From IMG/VR virus record IMGVR_UViG_3300037725_000018, positions 1-64,000 of that record: a stretch of DNA of 64,000 bases; one strand, 5' to 3'. The notes under the pieces were generated by a model. The model was not told the DNA's origin and ran no database searches. It was given only the letters and a program-made list of their open reading frames with translations. Below, in pieces: positions 47,477 through 57,820 of the stretch (the first letter of the stretch is position 1; each line of letters starts with the position of its first letter). Both the position numbers and the translations under genes were made by a program.

Positions 47477-49284
47477 CTTTCAAGAAACACCCCTGCCTTG
47501 TTTCCATCAATGTCAAATAGGTCAACTTTGTATTGAAGGTTTTCGATTTCACGAAGATTGTATGTGTCTGTATCTACTTCCACTTTCAAGATTGTGTAGT
47601 CGGGACTAAACCCGGCTTCTTGTGCAGGGCGAAGGCGAACGTCTCTTATAAACCAGCTCCAGTCTACGTCTTCTGTATCCTCGACCCGAAACGTAATCCG
47701 GAAAGACTGATCTTCATTTACAGAGTCAGGGGGTTGACGAACATTTGCGTTTCGAAGCGGGAAAAAGTTTGCGCTTACTTCTTCGTAGTGATACGTCTCG
47801 TTTTTAAGGTTAATTGAATCAATCTCTTTTTCTGTATTTTCAAATGCGGCACCGGAAAGAACCGTCTTTAGCGTCGTATCTTTAGGTGAGTTGGATTTGA
47901 ACTGTGTTTGAAACGAAAGCGTGTACTCTGAATAATTGAAAAACTGAAATTGTTGGAGGTCCGGGTTTGAAAAATCAATGAACAATTCATACTCGTTTGA
48001 TCCAGAAGACTGTGGAGAAAGCCGCGCAGAGTTCTTAAATTCGTCTTCGTCAAAAGAGAGAGTTGAATCCGGGCCAGAATCAAAAAACTCGTTAAGCTCA
48101 AACTCAGAGTCTAACACGCCAACGGGTTCAACAAGTTTTTGTCTGTCTTCTCTTGAATCACTTAAAAGTTCAATCGGTTCAATTTCGAAATCTCCAACAA
48201 ACGAGTAGTTTTCGTTTTCACCACGAAGCCTATTATACACTTTTGCCCGGTATGCTGCACCTGTTAATGTTTGAATGAAGCCAAGTTGAAGATTTTTAAA
48301 GTATCCTCGCTTTGTGTCCTCAAAGAACTGCGCTTCTCTTTGGTAGAGCATAAAATATCTCCGGGTGTCCACTTCAAACTTTGTTTGAAAATCTTCGTAC
48401 GCCTCGTTTACAACGCTAACGCGAGCTAGCGTATTGTTTATCACTTCTTCAATTTGAAGCACAAGGTCTTCATCTTTTGGAAGCTGGCGCTCTAAGGTGA
48501 CTTCTCCAGTGCTTTCATTTACAGATTGAATTCCGTCTTTAGAAATGTAAAACTGTTCCCCTTCCATTGTCGTCTCCCAATCAAACCCATTTGCAACTAA
48601 GTTGTAATAATCATATGACCATTGTGGGGGATAATATTTAAAACTTACCGATGGAACGCTTATATCATCAGCAACGAGAAGTGGAAATGTTGTGTTATCT
48701 TCAAACTCCGGGCTAAATTCAACACCGCTTGGCACGTACTCGGTATTTCCAAGACGCTCCGTTGCCGCTTCTGGTGAAGCAAAGTTTGGGTTCTTCTTTA
48801 TGTATTCTTCATCATTTACAATGATTTCAGGTGGCCGAACAAAACGAATAACGTCGGTGTTAAACTCGTTTGGGTTAACATTTATGTTTTTGGTCCACTT
48901 TAGGTTAACTGTTCCTCTTTGATCTTCAGGGACGGGGTTTCCGTTTTTTTGTCGAATTGCTTCCGACAAAATTGTTATCTGTCCTTGACCAACCGGGGTG
49001 TCTTCGTACACGTAAACCCCAACAACGCGGGAAACTCCTTCTGTATACGGGCGAATTTCATGGTAGATAACGTCCCCTCTAGAATCAGTAATTTCGATTT
49101 GAACGTCCGCTCCAGAGGCTAAATTTTGGCTTCCGTTAATGATGAAGCCATTTTTTCCCAAGTTGAACTCTTCTCCTAGTTTCGTTACGTTGAAATAAAA
49201 CGGAGAGTTTTCCGATTCATCTTCGATAAACGTCCTGCGTGAAGCGAGACCCCGTTTTTGTCTAGATTTTTTAATTTTTGGCAT
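47473..49284 (-). CDS. Tail-associated structural protein, function unknown
   Basis: 603 aa beta-rich acidic protein in the tail-fibre cluster. Confidence 0.6.
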   Translation of the reverse strand: MPKIKKSRQKRGLASRRTFIEDESENSPFYFNVTKLGEEFNLGKNGFIINGSQNLASGADVQIEITDSRGDVIYHEIRPYTEGVSRVVGVYVYEDTPVGQGQITILSEAIRQKNGNPVPEDQRGTVNLKWTKNINVNPNEFNTDVIRFVRPPEIIVNDEEYIKKNPNFASPEAATERLGNTEYVPSGVEFSPEFEDNTTFPLLVADDISVPSVSFKYYPPQWSYDYYNLVANGFDWETTMEGEQFYISKDGIQSVNESTGEVTLERQLPKDEDLVLQIEEVINNTLARVSVVNEAYEDFQTKFEVDTRRYFMLYQREAQFFEDTKRGYFKNLQLGFIQTLTGAAYRAKVYNRLRGENENYSFVGDFEIEPIELLSDSREDRQKLVEPVGVLDSEFELNEFFDSGPDSTLSFDEDEFKNSARLSPQSSGSNEYELFIDFSNPDLQQFQFFNYSEYTLSFQTQFKSNSPKDTTLKTVLSGAAFENTEKEIDSINLKNETYHYEEVSANFFPLRNANVRQPPDSVNEDQSFRITFRVEDTEDVDWSWFIRDVRLRPAQEAGFSPDYTILKVEVDTDTYNLREIENLQYKVDLFDIDGNKAGVFLES

Positions 49285-49320
49285 ACCGTTTGTTTCGTAA
49301 ACTCTTTATATTCTTTTTCA

Positions 49321-50847
49321 TTACACGCCGTCTTCATTTCCTTGATCGTCAACATGTGAAAGAATAAGGCCACCATCATCTTGAAACACAAGTGAAGCGT
49401 GCCCGTCTGGCGGCTGGTGTCCACCGTTTTTAACCTTTTTACCTGTAGTTCCTGCAGTAGTGTCTTCAATAGCACCGTTTTTAAACACAGGCATTACAAT
49501 AGCTCCGGACCTAGCAATTTGTATATAGTGGGGAATATTTTCTGTTTGATAAGCGTTTGAATCTGGAGATCCGCTTGTGTTTGAGTCGTATTGAACTGGA
49601 ATAGTATTTGCTTGAATATAGTCTTGAGTAATTTCGTACGCCGTAGTTCCGTTATATGATACTTCAATATCCCCCCCACCTCCAATGTTAACCGTAACAC
49701 TTGGATTTACAGTATTGTTAACGAAAATTTCAACAGAAGACCCTTGAACATCTACAGTAGTAGAAGAGGCTTTTAGCTGTATTCTTGGAGTGAGAAGTGT
49801 AGACTCGATAAGGTCAGAAGAAAGCCCAACTCCTCCACTATCTTTTTTGATTTCTAGTCCCCCACCCGCTTTAAATGTTCCTATGTCAGTAACAGTTAAA
49901 TTGCTATCAAATTCATAAGTAACACCACCGCCTGTTGACTGAAAGGTTCCAGATGCAATATCTGAAGCGTCAAGGTCAAGGTCTTGTGAAACTGCATTTA
50001 GATCCGTGGCTTGAAGTCCACCACCCGTATTTGCAAGAAATTGGCCGCTTGTTATTTCTTCGGACTTCAAGTCTCCACCATCTCGAATAAGAACAGAGTT
50101 TGTCCCAATTTGAAACCCGGATAAATCGCTTCCTCCTTCACGAAGAATGAGGCTGTTTTGGTCCACAGAAACGTCTTGAAGCTCGTTTGAAGAATCTGTA
50201 GCGAGAACCGTATTTGCCCCGAAAGTAAGAGAACCCAAGTCAGAATTGTTTCTTACCAAAAGAGAGTTTGAAGGAACGGTAAACGAGTCTAAATCCGATC
50301 CAGTTCTAGCCAAAATTGAGTTTTGGTCAACTTCAATAGAGTCAAAATCTCTTGAATCCCCCGACCCGGAACTGTTATTTAAAAGAACTTCATTTTGGTT
50401 TCCATCAAGGGCAACTCCCGCTTTTACAACACCTGAAATGAAAGACCCCGGATTTAAGTTTGAAAAAGTAGATCCAAAAGCAATTGTTTCATCTGACTCG
50501 ATATTGAATATAACACCCGCACCACCTCCAGCTCCACTTGCCAAAATGTTTAAGTCGATTACGTTTTGCGAAGGATCTCCTTGGTCGTCAACAAAATCAA
50601 CGCCCGGAAGAAACGCCCCGTTCATAATCACAACATACGCATTTGACGGGACCTCAATTTGCCCACTCGCGGTGTACGTCCCCTGTTGGAATGTAATTTG
50701 CGTTTGACCTCCAAGAGACGTTTCGTCAATAAATGTTTGAATGTCAGACAAAGAAGCGTTTACCCCAAGTGGAGATTGAATCGTTTGACTTACAGAACGG
50801 ACCTCTGTATTGGGCTGAACACTTGATATCTGCGGTACAATTGCCAT
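49321..50847 (-). CDS. Tail fibre-like protein with internal repeats
   Basis: Gly/Ser-rich; six repeats of about 18-19 aa (NS-h-h-x-R core). Confidence 0.65.
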   Translation of the reverse strand: MAIVPQISSVQPNTEVRSVSQTIQSPLGVNASLSDIQTFIDETSLGGQTQITFQQGTYTASGQIEVPSNAYVVIMNGAFLPGVDFVDDQGDPSQNVIDLNILASGAGGGAGVIFNIESDETIAFGSTFSNLNPGSFISGVVKAGVALDGNQNEVLLNNSSGSGDSRDFDSIEVDQNSILARTGSDLDSFTVPSNSLLVRNNSDLGSLTFGANTVLATDSSNELQDVSVDQNSLILREGGSDLSGFQIGTNSVLIRDGGDLKSEEITSGQFLANTGGGLQATDLNAVSQDLDLDASDIASGTFQSTGGGVTYEFDSNLTVTDIGTFKAGGGLEIKKDSGGVGLSSDLIESTLLTPRIQLKASSTTVDVQGSSVEIFVNNTVNPSVTVNIGGGGDIEVSYNGTTAYEITQDYIQANTIPVQYDSNTSGSPDSNAYQTENIPHYIQIARSGAIVMPVFKNGAIEDTTAGTTGKKVKNGGHQPPDGHASLVFQDDGGLILSHVDDQGNEDGV

Positions 50848-50900
50848 TATGTTTTCTTATTCAATATGAATTGCTAAAAGCGTGTAACATATTTTCGTCT

Positions 50901-51848
50901 CTATCCGGTAAACTCTATGGTTCCACCGCCAGCATTTGAATCTATAGGAGCTGAAAATGAAAAGCTCGTTATTTCATTGTATATGGGCTGTTCATTTTCC
51001 GGGATTCCAGTTTGAAATGTACTGCTAATACTTTCTCCCGAAGATGAAATTGAACCAGTAACGGTATTTAAAGGTGGTGCGGGGAACGAGTTTGGATTTG
51101 TATTATTTACAATAGCGGTTACAGTTATGTTATCAAGAGGGCTTGATTCTACCAAATCTTCAAAATTAAAAGACACAGAAACATTAACGGTTATTTCCAC
51201 GTCTTTAAATCCAGTGCCTCCCCCAAGTCCACCATTACCTCCGGGATTAAGTTCGATTAAATTGGAATTTGCGCCCATTCCTATATTCGCAAACAAAATC
51301 TCTTTTGACACTTCAATCGGGGAAGAACTCTTAACGCCATATTCATCGCTATATTCTACAACAAGGTCGTCTCTAGACATTTCCCCTTCTCTTGGTTTTA
51401 ACCTAAAGAAGTAGCTAGCAACAGAGATTGGAGATCCAAATCCTGAAGCAGTATGGTCTAAGCTATTTGTGTCCCAATCAAAATTATTATCAACTGTCAC
51501 AAACCCATTCCCAAATTTCATGTTTTCAACCGCCTGTTTGCCGAAGGAAAGCGTTTGAGTCGTTCTTCCGTTAATGGGTTCTACAAATGATCCGTTATTT
51601 CCCGTTATACTAACATTTCCAACGGTTCCATCAATTTCTGGAACTGCGGCGATATAGTCCGGCCCGGACATGGTTATTGAAGAGTCAGACATGTCGTAGT
51701 CTTCAAAGGTTCTTGTCGTTGGGGTGGACGTTAAACCTTCAAGCTCGACAGCTAGGTCTTCTCTAAATTCAATATTTGTTTGAGAGGGGTTGAACCCATA
51801 TGCATATTCTAAAAGTGTATCTAAGCTTAAATCTTCACCGTTTGCCAT
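50901..51848 (-). CDS. Putative tail protein
   Basis: 315 aa, Ser/Thr/Gly-rich, lies between fibre genes. Confidence 0.55.
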   Translation of the reverse strand: MANGEDLSLDTLLEYAYGFNPSQTNIEFREDLAVELEGLTSTPTTRTFEDYDMSDSSITMSGPDYIAAVPEIDGTVGNVSITGNNGSFVEPINGRTTQTLSFGKQAVENMKFGNGFVTVDNNFDWDTNSLDHTASGFGSPISVASYFFRLKPREGEMSRDDLVVEYSDEYGVKSSSPIEVSKEILFANIGMGANSNLIELNPGGNGGLGGGTGFKDVEITVNVSVSFNFEDLVESSPLDNITVTAIVNNTNPNSFPAPPLNTVTGSISSSGESISSTFQTGIPENEQPIYNEITSFSFSAPIDSNAGGGTIEFTG

Positions 51849-51855
51849 TTCAACG

Positions 51856-52908
51856 CTATATTCTATTTTTTAATTTGTTTTTCAAATTTTGAATCTCTTC
51901 TCTTTGAGACTTAACTTCTTCGATAAGAACAGGGATAAGCGCATTGTAAGATACTCCCTTCTCCCCGTTTGGTCGCTCAACAACCGCATCCGGCATAACC
52001 TTTTCGACCTCTTGTGCTACAACTCCATAGTCATAACCGCTTTTCGAAAGGGTTTGGCTCTCGTCTTTCCATTTGAAGTGATACCCGGATATTTGAGATA
52101 GAATGTCTGTAGAGTTGTCAATTCGAGTGATATCTTCCTTCATTCGAATATCCGATGAAGGGTTTGCAATGATGTTTCCGGTAACTTTCAAGTCGTAAGC
52201 AGTAGATCCAATTTCCCCCACAATAACTTCGTTGGCCCCGGAATCAAACGTTGTCATGATTTCAGTTCCATCCTTTATCTCCACAGAATTCCCGGAATCG
52301 GGAAGAATCTGCGACGTTGAAAGCTGATTTCCAACGGTCGCGTTTGTTACGGAAATATCGTTTTCTAAAGAAACAGTATAGTCGCCTCCAGATTGTGAAA
52401 CATTAATGTCGCTACCTTCCGAAACGGTTACTTGATCCGGAATGTTAAGGGCAGATTCATTTACTTCTAAGTCTGACCCGTTCCAGTCAATTGTGGAAGA
52501 ACCGTCTGCCAAGTCTGTTCCAACATCCCCGATATCCACTTCAAGCGTTCCACCGTTAAACTCAAGACCAAAACCTTGATCTACAGATATGGTTGTGGGG
52601 TTGGACCCGGAAAAAGAAATACCGTCCCCTGCTGATCCAGAAAATCCACTACTTACAGTTCCAGCAATCGCTTCAATAGCTTGGCGAAATTCAGAACCTA
52701 CATGATTGTTTGGGTTCCCGGTATAATTTGGAATTTCAAAAGTTTCGGATCTCGTTTCGTTGTTAACAAGAATTGAACCGTCAATGTTAACTTCAAACAT
52801 GCTTTCAGGCGCACGCGACCCGGTAAGAACTTCGTAGAGCCGAAACACGTGGTTTGCTTCAATTGTCTTTCCGGTCTGTACTTCCGATAAGTTAAGTCCA
52901 AAAGGCAT
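51856..52908 (-). CDS. Tail fibre with C-terminal intramolecular chaperone (peptidase S74)
   Basis: SSDIRMKEDI...GVVAQEVEKVMPDAV...VSYNALIPVLIEEVK; promoter motif at 52933-52943. Confidence 0.85.
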   Translation of the reverse strand: MPFGLNLSEVQTGKTIEANHVFRLYEVLTGSRAPESMFEVNIDGSILVNNETRSETFEIPNYTGNPNNHVGSEFRQAIEAIAGTVSSGFSGSAGDGISFSGSNPTTISVDQGFGLEFNGGTLEVDIGDVGTDLADGSSTIDWNGSDLEVNESALNIPDQVTVSEGSDINVSQSGGDYTVSLENDISVTNATVGNQLSTSQILPDSGNSVEIKDGTEIMTTFDSGANEVIVGEIGSTAYDLKVTGNIIANPSSDIRMKEDITRIDNSTDILSQISGYHFKWKDESQTLSKSGYDYGVVAQEVEKVMPDAVVERPNGEKGVSYNALIPVLIEEVKSQREEIQNLKNKLKNRI

Positions 52909-52933
52909 ATGAATTTTTGGTTAAAGTGACTGT

Positions 52934-55900
52934 TTATATATAGGTTACTTTGCTCTTTTCGCTTCCCGAAGACCGGATCTCCATAAGGTCGTCAACCATA
53001 TCCCTCATCATATCCACGTGAGAAATCACAACCGCAAATTGAAATTGAGTCTTCAAGTAGTCAAAAAGAAGTCCCATGTTGTTTAGGTTCGTCCGGTCTG
53101 CCGACGAAAAGCCCTCGTCAATTGCAAGAAAGTTTGGGCTTGGAAGGTTTGCAATATTGATAAGAGCAATCCGAATGGCAAGGCTTGAAATGAACCTTTC
53201 GAAATTTGAAGCGATCTCTAACGGCCACGTGTCTTCTTCGTTATAGCTGATGAATGCGTCTACGTTTTTTCCGTCAAGCTCCATTGAAACGGTAAATTCG
53301 ACCATGCTTGAAAGAATAGAGTTCACCTCGCTTTCAATCGTTGGCATAGCTCGACCGATAAGCTCGTACGGAACGCCGTCTCTTTTTGTGGCTTCAAGAT
53401 AGTATTCGTAGGCGCGGTTTTCTTTCTTTAGCTTCCGGTATTTCTTTAACTTCCGGGTCGCTTCTTTTTTGTCTCTCTCTGCCACCTTCATATCGGAGTG
53501 CTTTTCACGAGCCTCTTTTGAAACTTTCTTTTTTTCTTGCTCAAGATTGGAAATTTCCTCCTTTACTGGATCGATTTTTGTTCGGATCTTCCGGTTATGT
53601 TTTAAGTCTTCTTTCTTCTTTTCATACTCTTCAATCCGGGACTGGACAGTTGAAAGCTCACCCTTCACTTTTGACAGTTTTACCTCTTTTTCGTTGGCTT
53701 TTGATTTGAATTTTTCTACTTTACCCCCAATAGACTCGATTTTATCTTGAATCTCTTTTACCCGCTCGAAGTTTTCTTTGGGGCTTTCGTCTTCTACCTC
53801 TTGTTTAAGCGTTTTCGATTCGGACATGACGGTTTGGAATTCCGATTCGACCGACCGAAGGTCTTCTTGGTATTCTTCAAGCTTCTTTGCATCCTTTTCG
53901 TTCCTCCGGACGCAATACTTACAGTCCGGGTCAAACTCCGAATGAGACTTAATGTGCTCGATAGAGTCTTTAAGCTGCCTTCTTCTTTCTTTTAGGTTTT
54001 TGGCACGAGACTTGTTGCTGGATAGCTTCTCTTTTTTGTCTTTCCACTTTTCGTAGCGGTTTTTGACCTCTTCTACGTCAAAAGAGTTTTCAAGAAGCTC
54101 TTTATACCCTTCAAGCGGCTGTTGGAGTTCCCTCTTTTTGATGTGAAAATACTTAACGTCTTCGGCCACAGATTCTTTTTTGTCTTCGAGTCGGGATTTC
54201 TTTTCTTTAAGGGAAGAAATGTCCACATCTTCGACCGAAACGTCTTTTAACTTCTGGTTTAAGGAAACCAGCTTTTCGTTTTTAGCCTCGATCTTTTCTT
54301 CAAGGGCCTCTTCTTTGCTTGAAAGCTTTTCGTAGGCGTTTAGAGCCGCTTCATGGCGCTTCTCTGCCGAAGATATGTCTTGGGATAGGCTATCCCCTTC
54401 GTACTCTTTAAGAAGCGTTGTGGCCTCTCTACGACGGTCTTTGGCCTTACTATGGAGCTTGTCAAACACGTCAATTCCGATGAACCTCGAAAGCATGTCC
54501 TTCCGCTCCGCTTGGGTCTTTTCCACAAACACCGTTCCGTCTGTCTGTGTAGAAAGAGCCGTTGTAATAAATTCTTCGTATTCCCCGATATATTCCCGGA
54601 TGTTCTTGTTCGTTTTTCTTCTTCTCTCTCCGTTCAAAGACGTTGTATTACCCCCATCTTCTTTCACGTAGAAGTTTACGTCAACAGGAACACGGCCTTG
54701 GTGCCCCTTCTTTTCTCCGCTTCTTTCAATTACGTACTCTTTCCCATTGATTTCAAGAACGGCTTTAGAGGAAAACCAGTCGGAGTCGTTGTTTAAGACC
54801 TTCTTTGATTTCCTTGTTCTAGAACACCTGTCAAACAGGCAGTAGCTAATCGCGTCAAGAATTGAAGACTTCCCGCTTGCGTTATCTGCAAAGATTCCGA
54901 TGATCCCGTCTGCTTGGGTAAAGTCAATTGTGTTGCCCTCCCCATAAGAGAACATATTCGAAAATTCAAACCGCTTTAACTTCCAATTCAAGCTTCGGTT
55001 TTCCCACTTTTTGACCTCTGAATTTAAGTCTCTATTAATTGAACGGATATTTTGAAGAATCTCTTCGCTTACGTTTTGAGATTCAGTTAAGTAGCTTTCA
55101 ATAAGTTCGTTTTGGCGCTCTACGTCTTGAACGTTTCCGATTTCAAGGGAAGAGTCTCCGCTTTCGTTTTCTAAACTCGAAGAAATCCCGGACCTATTCA
55201 CGGAAACCTCCTGCACGTCATACATTTTGCGAAGGTCTGCAACGATCCGTTTCGTTTCTACCGGGTCTGTGTTTTGCACCCGAAGCCGAAGCCTTGGCTT
55301 TTTTGGAACGTCTTCTGGAACCGGATACGCGCCGTTTTCTACATCTAAGGTGTAGAACCCATATTCGTTTTCAACCGGAATAAACTCTACGTCTTCGCTT
55401 TCAACCGCCCACAAATTTGTTCCGTGACCGGAAACAGGCTCCCCGTGGTTCTGTTGAATCAAGCTACCGGAGTACAAGACCTTTTCGTTTGAGTCCAAGA
55501 ATTGTCGTTTATGAATGTCTCCCAGAAGAGCCATGTCGTATCCTTCAAACATCCCGACGTTTACCTCTTCAGAACTTAACGTCCATCCGGTATCTGTCGT
55601 TGCGCCATTTACAACCCCGTGATAAAGCGCAACTTTCGGTTTCAAGTCCGGAATAGAGTCTGCCTTTGGGTAGTTTTTTGGCTTGTCAAGTTGGCTCATG
55701 TGAGCAAAAGCCACACCACCTACCTCAAACGTTTCTGTCTCTCTACTGTAGTAGATCCGGGACGTATCAATGTTTTTAACAATCGGAGTGAGACTGTCCA
55801 TCCGGTCGTGGTTAACTAAATTTTCGTCATGGTTTCCCGGAATCAAAACCGTTGGGGCAACAGAAGAAAGACGCCTCAAAAAGTTCGACGCCACATCCAC

Positions 55901-56107
55901 AAGCTCGGGCGTAAGATCCGTTTTGGCGTGAACCACGTCCCCTAAAACGGCAACAATGGTTCCTTCGGTTTTTCTTTTTTCAATTTCTTCATACAGATTT
56001 TCAAAAACCTTTTTGTACTCGTCGTGCCTTTTTAGCGTCCGGATGTGAACGTCTGCGATTTGAAATATCTCTGTTACGTTTTCGATTCCAATGTCAACCT
56101 TTTTCAT
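52934..56107 (-). CDS. Mre11/SbcD nuclease - Rad50/SbcC ATPase fusion (gp47+gp46-like)
   Basis: IADVH, LGD, GNHD and GDIH; ADNASGKSS, CKYC hook, IDEGF and ISH in one ORF. Confidence 0.92.
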   Translation of the reverse strand: MKKVDIGIENVTEIFQIADVHIRTLKRHDEYKKVFENLYEEIEKRKTEGTIVAVLGDVVHAKTDLTPELVDVASNFLRRLSSVAPTVLIPGNHDENLVNHDRMDSLTPIVKNIDTSRIYYSRETETFEVGGVAFAHMSQLDKPKNYPKADSIPDLKPKVALYHGVVNGATTDTGWTLSSEEVNVGMFEGYDMALLGDIHKRQFLDSNEKVLYSGSLIQQNHGEPVSGHGTNLWAVESEDVEFIPVENEYGFYTLDVENGAYPVPEDVPKKPRLRLRVQNTDPVETKRIVADLRKMYDVQEVSVNRSGISSSLENESGDSSLEIGNVQDVERQNELIESYLTESQNVSEEILQNIRSINRDLNSEVKKWENRSLNWKLKRFEFSNMFSYGEGNTIDFTQADGIIGIFADNASGKSSILDAISYCLFDRCSRTRKSKKVLNNDSDWFSSKAVLEINGKEYVIERSGEKKGHQGRVPVDVNFYVKEDGGNTTSLNGERRRKTNKNIREYIGEYEEFITTALSTQTDGTVFVEKTQAERKDMLSRFIGIDVFDKLHSKAKDRRREATTLLKEYEGDSLSQDISSAEKRHEAALNAYEKLSSKEEALEEKIEAKNEKLVSLNQKLKDVSVEDVDISSLKEKKSRLEDKKESVAEDVKYFHIKKRELQQPLEGYKELLENSFDVEEVKNRYEKWKDKKEKLSSNKSRAKNLKERRRQLKDSIEHIKSHSEFDPDCKYCVRRNEKDAKKLEEYQEDLRSVESEFQTVMSESKTLKQEVEDESPKENFERVKEIQDKIESIGGKVEKFKSKANEKEVKLSKVKGELSTVQSRIEEYEKKKEDLKHNRKIRTKIDPVKEEISNLEQEKKKVSKEAREKHSDMKVAERDKKEATRKLKKYRKLKKENRAYEYYLEATKRDGVPYELIGRAMPTIESEVNSILSSMVEFTVSMELDGKNVDAFISYNEEDTWPLEIASNFERFISSLAIRIALINIANLPSPNFLAIDEGFSSADRTNLNNMGLLFDYLKTQFQFAVVISHVDMMRDMVDDLMEIRSSGSEKSKVTYI

Positions 56108-56166
56108 ACTGGCAAGAAATTTGTGGTGAATGTGTTCAACCCATAGATACAGTTTCAGGCGTGAAG

Positions 56167-57111
56167 CTAAAGTGAAACCTTGTGTTTGATAAGTTCTTCA
56201 AACCCAAGAGTGGGTTCGTTTTTCATCCGTTTCCAACTTCCGGAAAACCCAAGGTCTGCCGGGTCTTCATCTTCAAGTCGAACAAGCCGAACGTCTTGGC
56301 CTTGGTTCATAAGCTTCTCGGAGATTTCAACTCCCGCCTCAAATGCGTCCCCGTCAAGCATCAAATTGATGTGTGGTGGGTTGGTAAGCAAAATCTTGTT
56401 GAAGAGTCTAGAGTGAATCTTTTTGCTCATAAGGCAGGTAGCGTTTCGCCTACACGCCATAGCGTCAAATACCCCCTCCACGATTGTAAGCGGCTCTGAC
56501 CAATCGATAAGGCTATCAAATATAATGACGTTTCTTGACGTTTTCGGGTTAAGATACTTCAAAGACGAACTTCCAAAAAAGTCCCTTCCGGTGAAATAGT
56601 TTAAGTCCCCGTCTTCGTCGTAACTTGGAATGATGATTCGGTGTTGATACTTTCCCTCTTTGCACCATCCAATTTTGTATTTAATCATATCTCCACGAGT
56701 GATTCCGCGCCTTTGGAGATAGTTGTACGCATAGTTCCATTCGTAGCCGGGGTGCTCTTTCCACATCGGCTTATATTCTTCTGGAAGGGAGAGAACGTCA
56801 ACGCTAGAAGAGGGTTTGTCCTTCTTCCCCCCATAGGAAGGCCGATCCAAAGCCTCTGAAAGCTTCTTGAAAAGATGTGACGGGGCATTTAGTTTCTTTA
56901 AAAGAGTAAACAGACTCTTCCCACTTTCTTTACATACCCAACACTTATAGAACCCAAACTCTTGTTTTGACGGGTCTAAGTTCACCGAAAGCTTCTTTTT
57001 GTGGTGCCCACAGAACTTGCAGTGAAACAGGTGTTCTCCTTTGTTTACCTCCCGGTAATCGTTTCCTAAAACGGTTGTGAGAACGTCTAAAACCTTTTTC
57101 TTTTTGTTCAT
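56167..57111 (-). CDS. DNA primase (zinc finger + TOPRIM)
   Basis: CKFCGHH...CWVC, RIIIP, IVEGVFD and LDGD. Confidence 0.9.
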   Translation of the reverse strand: MNKKKKVLDVLTTVLGNDYREVNKGEHLFHCKFCGHHKKKLSVNLDPSKQEFGFYKCWVCKESGKSLFTLLKKLNAPSHLFKKLSEALDRPSYGGKKDKPSSSVDVLSLPEEYKPMWKEHPGYEWNYAYNYLQRRGITRGDMIKYKIGWCKEGKYQHRIIIPSYDEDGDLNYFTGRDFFGSSSLKYLNPKTSRNVIIFDSLIDWSEPLTIVEGVFDAMACRRNATCLMSKKIHSRLFNKILLTNPPHINLMLDGDAFEAGVEISEKLMNQGQDVRLVRLEDEDPADLGFSGSWKRMKNEPTLGFEELIKHKVSL

Positions 57112-57156
57112 AGTGTTACCTGTATAACTTGTTAATTCGTTTTTAGATGGAAATAG

Positions 57157-57196
57157 AAGAGCCTCTACCCACGTCTGCTTATAGGTAGAGGCTCTT
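57157..57196. terminator. 13-bp inverted repeat between the resolvase and primase genes
   Basis: aagagcctctacc-(14 nt)-ggtagaggctctt. Confidence 0.55.
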
Positions 57197-57227
57197 TGTT
57201 TGCCGTATGTTAAGAAGGCTTCAAGCT

Positions 57228-57779
57228 TTATTGAAGATTGTGTTCAACGTAACTGCTTGCCAATACGATGCTATCAGCGGCGTCGTCTGTGCCCGGACGC
57301 GGGTTTCCAGACCGGGTAAGTTCCCACTCAATATTGTACCTATTGGAAGCTTCTTCGATAACCCAACCTTTTGAGTCTTTGTACGTAGACCACGGGCTAT
57401 TGTAAGAAGACGGTACCCTTCCACGATCTAGAAAACTTCTCTTTTTGGCCGTGGATGGATGAACCTTCATGACAGCATCTTTTCCAAGACGCTTGACAAG
57501 CTCGTATTCGATGATTGCGTTAAATTGAAGCAAAACCGAAATCGACGTTGTTGTTGTCATTCCACCATAGTTTTTCAAGGCGTCTTCTAAAACAACCACG
57601 TCTGCGTCTTTAATTTCCGGCCATACGTGCTTGTCAAACTGTTCGACCAAATCTATAAGGTCGTAGTCGCTGTCTTTTTTGAATTTGTGCCAGTCGTAAG
57701 AAATAAGTTCTCCGTCCCCAGACATTAAAGCAAATCCGGCGACGGTTGTTGATAGGTCAAGTCCTGCAACTGTTTTCAT
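57228..57779 (-). CDS. RuvC-like Holliday junction resolvase
   Basis: GLDLSTTVAG, VVLED and DDAADSI. Confidence 0.8.
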   Translation of the reverse strand: MKTVAGLDLSTTVAGFALMSGDGELISYDWHKFKKDSDYDLIDLVEQFDKHVWPEIKDADVVVLEDALKNYGGMTTTTSISVLLQFNAIIEYELVKRLGKDAVMKVHPSTAKKRSFLDRGRVPSSYNSPWSTYKDSKGWVIEEASNRYNIEWELTRSGNPRPGTDDAADSIVLASSYVEHNLQ

Positions 57780-57820
57780 ATTAACATAACTTTAAAGGTG
57801 AATTCAACAATAGATATGAA

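Noticed and set aside
24048-57111. Inteins, introns or stop-codon recoding in MCP, portal, terminase, Mre11-Rad50 or primase
   Set aside because: All are uninterrupted under code 11 with ordinary lengths; no intein C/S...HN motifs or split frames were noticed.
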